Shown here in pieces: positions 28,344 through 32,379 of a DNA stretch of 32,379 bases. Where the stretch lies: IMG/VR virus record IMGVR_UViG_3300032233_000835, positions 1 to 32,379 of that record. The stretch is one strand, 5' to 3'. This DNA comes from a virus (lineage: Duplodnaviria > Caudoviricetes). The position numbers and the translations under genes were made by a program. The notes below the pieces were generated by a model. The model was not told the origin of the DNA. It saw nothing but the letters and a program-made list of their open reading frames with translations, and did not search any database. Numbering within the stretch: the stretch's first letter is position 1; the number at the start of each line of letters is the position of its first letter.

Positions 28344-28358
28344 CAACTCTTTTTTTTT
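28325..28358 (+). terminator. Intrinsic terminator between convergent genes
   Basis: AAGAGTTGCTA/TAGCAACTCTT inverted repeat ending in a T9 run. Confidence 0.8.
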
Positions 28359-28583
28359 CTATAAATCTACAAAGAAATCATAACCACTTGCTTCTTCTTC
28401 TAATCTAATCGCTTCCATTTTTGCTCTAATCTTCAAGTTCTTTTTATATTTTGCAATATTGAACTGAGATATTTTTATCTCTATAAACTTATCTGTTAGA
28501 TCGCCGAACAAATGACCTACCATTTCTTTACATTCTGTAACATATTGCTCTAAGTAGTCTTGATCCATTTTTTTAGCTTTCAT
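28359..28583 (-). CDS. Hypothetical protein, the only credible minus-strand gene
   Basis: 74 aa in its own gap, A-rich leader, host-type promoter upstream. Confidence 0.75.
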   Translation of the reverse strand: MKAKKMDQDYLEQYVTECKEMVGHLFGDLTDKFIEIKISQFNIAKYKKNLKIRAKMEAIRLEEEASGYDFFVDL

Positions 28584-28605
28584 AATCTTTATTTTTAGTG
28601 TCTAA

Positions 28606-28637
28606 CAAATATACACATTCTTTATTGTTTTACCAAG
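28606..28637 (-). promoter_or_regulatory. Bacteroidota housekeeping-sigma promoter (-33/-7)
   Basis: Minus strand reads CTTG-N20-TATATTTG, matching TTTG-N19-21-TAnnTTTG. Confidence 0.7.
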
Positions 28638-28713
28638 CTTTTACTATAAAAAGTCCATAGTTGAAAAAAAGTTTATTTTTTCTTTAATATATAAAAGAAA
28701 AAAATGGAACAAT

Positions 28714-29280
28714 ATGGAAAATGGTAATGGACTTAGAGGAGAAAATCTTGAGCAATGGTTTAAAGATAGATTAAAAGAAGGAGCTTGGGGCGAGAAAGAA
28801 ATAGCAAAACACCTAACTAAAAAAGGCTGGACTATTCTTGAGATCTCAGAAGGACATTTTAAAGAGTGGGACATCAAAGCATCTATTAAAGGAGTGGTAA
28901 AAACATTTGAGATAAAAGCAAACTACTATGAAATAAAAAAGTTTAGACACCCAATGGTTATCATTGAAACAGAATCCAACGGTGTTCCTTCTGGACTTTC
29001 AGTAACTACTGCTGACTTTTATATCTTATACTACCCTTTTGAAGATTTCTTTTACATTGAAAGACCAGAAGATATAAAGAAAATGATTGATAGTGGCCTG
29101 TATCAAAAAGTAAAAGGAGGTAGAAACACACTATCTGTTATGTATCAAATACCGAGAAGTGCTTTTATTCACAAGAAATATTTAAGCTTTATGGATCAGT
29201 TAGATGAAGATACAAAATCACAAAGTTGGTTTTCTTGGTATGAATACAAATACCTTAACAACACACTTAACTTATTGTAA
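28714..29280 (+). CDS. PD-(D/E)XK nuclease-fold protein
   Basis: GAWGE...WDIK...FEIK catalytic pattern; class II motif at 28668-28693. Confidence 0.7.
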   Translation: MENGNGLRGENLEQWFKDRLKEGAWGEKEIAKHLTKKGWTILEISEGHFKEWDIKASIKGVVKTFEIKANYYEIKKFRHPMVIIETESNGVPSGLSVTTADFYILYYPFEDFFYIERPEDIKKMIDSGLYQKVKGGRNTLSVMYQIPRSAFIHKKYLSFMDQLDEDTKSQSWFSWYEYKYLNNTLNLL

Positions 29281-29299
29281 AAAAAATAATATAATAGAT

Positions 29300-29599
29300 A
29301 TGTATAATGATTGGATGGAGACCTCACAAGAGGAGTTAGATGAGTTTAATAACTACTATAGATATGTAGAATCGGTGATAATAGAAAAAGAAGGCTTAGG
29401 AGAAGGAAAGTTTGGAGAAACATTTGAATACTCTTTTGTTACGAAAAAAGGAATGTCTTTGAATGTGGTAACATACTATAGATTGAAAAAGAATGGTCAC
29501 AAGAAAAGCAAGTCTGAAAAAGAAGTAGAAGTTCTACCTTTTGATAGATGGAAAATATGTGATAGGAGAAATAAACTTTTAGAGCAGTTAGGTATATAA
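29300..29599 (+). CDS. Hypothetical protein with C-terminal RNKLLEQLGI tag (likely start 29300)
   Basis: In-frame ATG after the upstream stop with an A/T-rich leader; avoids a 77-nt overlap. Confidence 0.65.
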   Translation: MYNDWMETSQEELDEFNNYYRYVESVIIEKEGLGEGKFGETFEYSFVTKKGMSLNVVTYYRLKKNGHKKSKSEKEVEVLPFDRWKICDRRNKLLEQLGI

Positions 29600-29608
29600 T
29601 ATATACAA

Positions 29609-29713
29609 TGAGTGGGAGTTGATGCCGACATACATCTCTCTAAAGCTTCCATTCAGCTTCGTAAATCTGTTATAATGAAGAAACCCGTTAGAAAAACTCT
29701 AATGGGTTTTTTT
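29609..29713 (+). ncRNA. Candidate structured small RNA
   Basis: TAATATATA box at 29597, stems 29609-29619/29645-29655 and 29657-29662/29675-29680, then a terminator; only a 4-codon ORF at its start. Confidence 0.45.
29681..29713 (+). terminator. Intrinsic terminator
   Basis: AAACCCGTTAGA-AAAAC-TCTAATGGG followed by T7. Confidence 0.85.
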
Positions 29714-29720
29714 ATATTTA
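29692..29720 (+). promoter_or_regulatory. Class I promoter AAAAAC-N15-TATATTTA embedded in the terminator
   Basis: AAAAAC 29692-29697 (mostly the hairpin loop) and TATATTTA 29713-29720. Confidence 0.7.
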
Positions 29721-29735
29721 TTAAAAACACAAAAA

Positions 29736-30026
29736 ATGAAACCTGTTAAAATAGAACCTATAATGTCTTCATTAGAAGATTTCTTTATGGAAAGTTCTCA
29801 TTCATTAGTAATGAGTATTAAAGAGGAAAGATTTGAAAAGGCTTGTGAAGTTAGAGACAATATGGAAGATAAGATATTTCAAATATATGAACTTCTCCTA
29901 AAAAAGAACTTAACCAAAATAGAACCAGAAGCACTCTTTGAACTACTTCTTCAAAGAAAGAATGAATACATTAGAAGTTGGGAAGAGATACTTGAAGTGC
30001 CTAATGAGAGAAGAATATTATTTTAA
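29736..30026 (+). CDS. Small protein with a UVR (UvrB/UvrC)-like motif
   Basis: SIKEERFEKACEVRDNM resembles the UVR consensus AxxxExFExAAxxRD. Confidence 0.55.
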   Translation: MKPVKIEPIMSSLEDFFMESSHSLVMSIKEERFEKACEVRDNMEDKIFQIYELLLKKNLTKIEPEALFELLLQRKNEYIRSWEEILEVPNERRILF

Positions 30027-30050
30027 TATATATCATAAATAAGAAATATA

Positions 30051-30602
30051 ATGAGCATAAAAACACCAAGTAGCCAAGGAGATGAATACTACACACCAGA
30101 TTATATTGTAGAGATACTTATACCTTTTATTAAAGAAAAGGGTTATAAAAGTATATGGTGTCCTTGTGATAAAGATTGGAGTGAATATGTTAAAGTATTC
30201 AAAAGAGAAGGTTTCAATGTTATACATTCACATATAGATGAAGGTAAAGATTTTCTAACATATGAACCTAATGAAGAGTATGATATAATAATAACAAACC
30301 CACCTTTTAGTATAAAGAATAAAATCTTTGATCGGTGTGTTAGTTTAGATAAACCATTCTGTATTCTAATGAGTGCAACAAGTATACAAAGTAAATCTTT
30401 TGTGAAATCTTTATCTAACATAAAAGATTTCAATGTAATGATGTTTGATATGAGAATCTCATATAGTGGTGATAGACCTCCTTTTCCAAGTTGGTATTTC
30501 ACAAGTAAACTATTTGAGAAGAATGAGTTTTACATATACAAAGAGAACCCAAACAAACTTTATAAAGATTGGGTAAATAATATAACAACGCAATATGGCT
30601 AG
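30051..30602 (+). CDS. Compact amino (N6-adenine-type) DNA methyltransferase
   Basis: DEYYTP, IWCPCD, GKDFL and IITNPPF (motif IV); class II motif at 30007-30032. Confidence 0.8.
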   Translation: MSIKTPSSQGDEYYTPDYIVEILIPFIKEKGYKSIWCPCDKDWSEYVKVFKREGFNVIHSHIDEGKDFLTYEPNEEYDIIITNPPFSIKNKIFDRCVSLDKPFCILMSATSIQSKSFVKSLSNIKDFNVMMFDMRISYSGDRPPFPSWYFTSKLFEKNEFYIYKENPNKLYKDWVNNITTQYG

Positions 30603-31014
30603 AAAAAAAGAACCAACATTCAAAAAACAAGATCTTCTCAACAAAATAGTTGAAATGTCCTGTAGTGGTATATCACAACCAGAGATACTACAATGGCTTC
30701 TAACAACTGGTGGCTTACAAATATCTTATTCTTATGAGTTATTAAGAGAAGCTAAGCCTATCATATTAGATACACTTAAAGATATATCTAAAGATAGATT
30801 AGAAACAACTATAAGAGAGTTAGAGCAAATGTATCTTGATGCTAAACTTTCAGGTGACAAGAAGTTAGCACTTGAGATAAAAAAAGAGATAAACAAAATC
30901 AGTGGACTATACAACCACAAACAAGAAATGGACATAACAACTGGTGGAGACAAGATAACCATTATTAGATTGGTAGAAAAAAACAAAGATGAAGATGATA
31001 AAAGTAAAGATTAA
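30595..31014 (+). CDS. Putative terminase small subunit
   Basis: N-terminal HTH-like region, helical core, C-terminal KQEMDITTGGDKI tail; upstream of TerL on the circle. Confidence 0.65.
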   Translation: MARKKEPTFKKQDLLNKIVEMSCSGISQPEILQWLLTTGGLQISYSYELLREAKPIILDTLKDISKDRLETTIRELEQMYLDAKLSGDKKLALEIKKEINKISGLYNHKQEMDITTGGDKITIIRLVEKNKDEDDKSKD

Positions 31015-31228
31015 AGAAGATTTTAAAGATAAGAAGATCTATGTTGGTGGAACCTTATATGACTTCTCGGAAAGAACAGATGAGCAACTTACTCTTATAT
31101 GGGAACAAAACCCAGAGTTTAGAGTATTCTTAGAAGAAGTTATTTCTATTGGAAGCGATGAAGGAGAAGTTCTTCTTAATGAGGCAGAGTTCAAGAAAAC
31201 CATAAGGAATATAAGGAAAAAGAAGTAG
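30989..31228 (+). CDS. Hypothetical protein
   Basis: 79-aa ORF in operon context; start could be 30995. Confidence 0.6.
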   Translation: MKMIKVKIKEDFKDKKIYVGGTLYDFSERTDEQLTLIWEQNPEFRVFLEEVISIGSDEGEVLLNEAEFKKTIRNIRKKK

Positions 31229-31289
31229 TGGAGGGGGCAACTTTTTTAATATATACTATATAATAAGTAATAAAAATAACAGATATATT

Positions 31290-31541
31290 ATGAAAGTAAA
31301 CTATGATTATGAATGGCAGCAGTATCTTACCAACTATGTGGTTAAAGATACTGGCGTCCTTACAGAAAAGGACATCTACCATATGGACACAAGAGCAAAC
31401 TCTAAGACATCACAGATTAGAGTATTCACAACCTACAAAGACCCTTCTGATAGAAGAAGAAACAAATCAAAATCAGTATACATTGAGATGACTTACAATG
31501 AGTTTGTAAGAGATAGAAAAATAACAGAGATATTAGCATGA
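31290..31541 (+). CDS. Hypothetical protein with C-terminal RDRKITEILA tag
   Basis: 83 aa, class II motif at 31230-31255, ATGA-coupled to the MTase. Confidence 0.7.
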   Translation: MKVNYDYEWQQYLTNYVVKDTGVLTEKDIYHMDTRANSKTSQIRVFTTYKDPSDRRRNKSKSVYIEMTYNEFVRDRKITEILA

Positions 31542-32379
31542 GTATAAGTTACATCGGTGGCAAAAGCAAGATTAGTTCTTTCATTACACCATACATACCA
31601 AAAGACATTGAAACATTTGTAGAACCATTCTCAGGAATGTTCTGGGTGTTTCTTAAAATGAAACCAGAAGAGTTTCCTAACCTAAAGAGAATAGTCTACA
31701 ATGACTACAACAAACTAAACTGGAACCTTTGGTCTTGTATGAGAGATCATAAAACTTTATTAGAACATTGTGATTCTATGTTGGTTCAAACAAAGGGCAA
31801 AGATACAGACCCACTTTGTTCTATGAACTTTTATCAGTATCAAAAAGAAGTATTTGATTCTAATCTTACTTTAACCGAACCTAACTTCCAAATAGCTGCT
31901 AAGTATGCTTATGTTCTTACACAGGTATTCAGTGGTGCCAACCCAGAGAAGTCAAAGTTTATTGATCTAAAAGGAAAGTATCATTCTAAGTTTACTTCAT
32001 TCAAAAACAAGTTGAGAGACCCTAAGTATCAAAGATTGTTTGAAATGATTACTGATGTTGAGAATATGGACTTTGCAGATGTTATAGAAACATATGATAG
32101 TGAAAGCACATACTTTTATGTTGACCCACCATACTATATTATAGGTGAAGGAAACTATTATTCTAATCATAACTTTACAAATAGTGACCATTTGAGATTG
32201 GCTTATTCATTGAAGAATATCAAAGGTAGATTCTCATTGTCTTATTATGACTTTGAGTTGTTGAGTCAATGGTTTCCTAAAGATGACTTTGAATGGAAGA
32301 GTCAACTATTCTCTAAGCCATCAGCTGCTAAGAAAGGTGTTAAACAAACCAAGGCTGAAGAAATACTAATAATGAACTA
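31538..32379 (+). CDS. dam: Dam-like (D12 class) N6-adenine DNA methyltransferase, about 282 aa, crossing the origin; missing from the ORF track
   Basis: My translation gives MSISYIGGKSK, FVEPFSG, VYND, FYVDPPYY and LSY; stop at 128-130. GATC specificity is not proven. Confidence 0.85.
   Translation, partial: MSISYIGGKSKISSFITPYIPKDIETFVEPFSGMFWVFLKMKPEEFPNLKRIVYNDYNKLNWNLWSCMRDHKTLLEHCDSMLVQTKGKDTDPLCSMNFYQYQKEVFDSNLTLTEPNFQIAAKYAYVLTQVFSGANPEKSKFIDLKGKYHSKFTSFKNKLRDPKYQRLFEMITDVENMDFADVIETYDSESTYFYVDPPYYIIGEGNYYSNHNFTNSDHLRLAYSLKNIKGRFSLSYYDFELLSQWFPKDDFEWKSQLFSKPSAAKKGVKQTKAEEILIMN
32257..32379. repeat. Terminal direct repeat, right copy
   Basis: Identical to 1-123. Confidence 0.95.

Noticed and set aside
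29609-29680. Hammerhead or other known ribozyme/riboswitch
   Set aside because: No CUGANGA/GAAA core or other recognisable consensus; kept only as an unclassified sRNA candidate.
28714-30602. PD-(D/E)XK nuclease plus MTase as a type II restriction-modification pair
   Set aside because: They are separated by two genes and a terminator, and such nucleases are common stand-alone phage genes; pairing is not supported.
619-32191. Numerous minus-strand ORFs in the track (for example 3852-4244, 20075-20527, 30143-30502)
   Set aside because: They lie antisense to well-supported + strand genes, have shadow-like composition and lack leaders; only 28359-28583 has its own space and promoter.
1-32379. 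Stop-codon reassignment or tRNA genes
   Set aside because: Genes are intact and densely packed under the standard code, with TAA, TAG and TGA all used as stops; no cloverleaf with a T-loop consensus was seen.

Overview
The window looks like a complete, circularly assembled tailed-phage genome. Bases 1-123 repeat exactly at 32257-32379, giving a unit length of 32,256 bp. It is AT-rich, about 40 genes lie on the + strand, and only one credible gene lies on the - strand. A long tape measure, frameshifting tail chaperones and no recognisable sheath suggest a siphovirus. The host is probably Bacteroidota: starts lack Shine-Dalgarno motifs, leaders are A-rich, and one promoter fits TTG-N20-TAnnTTTG. 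Modules are packaging (TerS, TerL, two adenine MTases), an ECF-like sigma factor, tail and receptor-binding genes, head genes, a duplicated tail-tube-like gene, a holin and a very small replication region. I recognised no integrase, helicase, primase, full DNA polymerase, endolysin or tRNA. Main observations: (1) a minimal replicon made of a wHTH plus family-A-polymerase-like protein preceded by iteron-like repeats and a G-U-rich hairpin; (2) two fixed-spacing promoter-like motifs, AAAC-N15-TATATTTA (7 copies) and RnRG-N13-TWATATATA (6-7 copies), alongside a sigma factor with an insertion in its HTH; (3) apparent genome-wide absence of AATT and ACWGT; (4) a shared 10-residue C-terminal tag on three unrelated small proteins; (5) a candidate ~105-nt sRNA. 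Protein calls come from motif recognition and gene context only; no searches were run.
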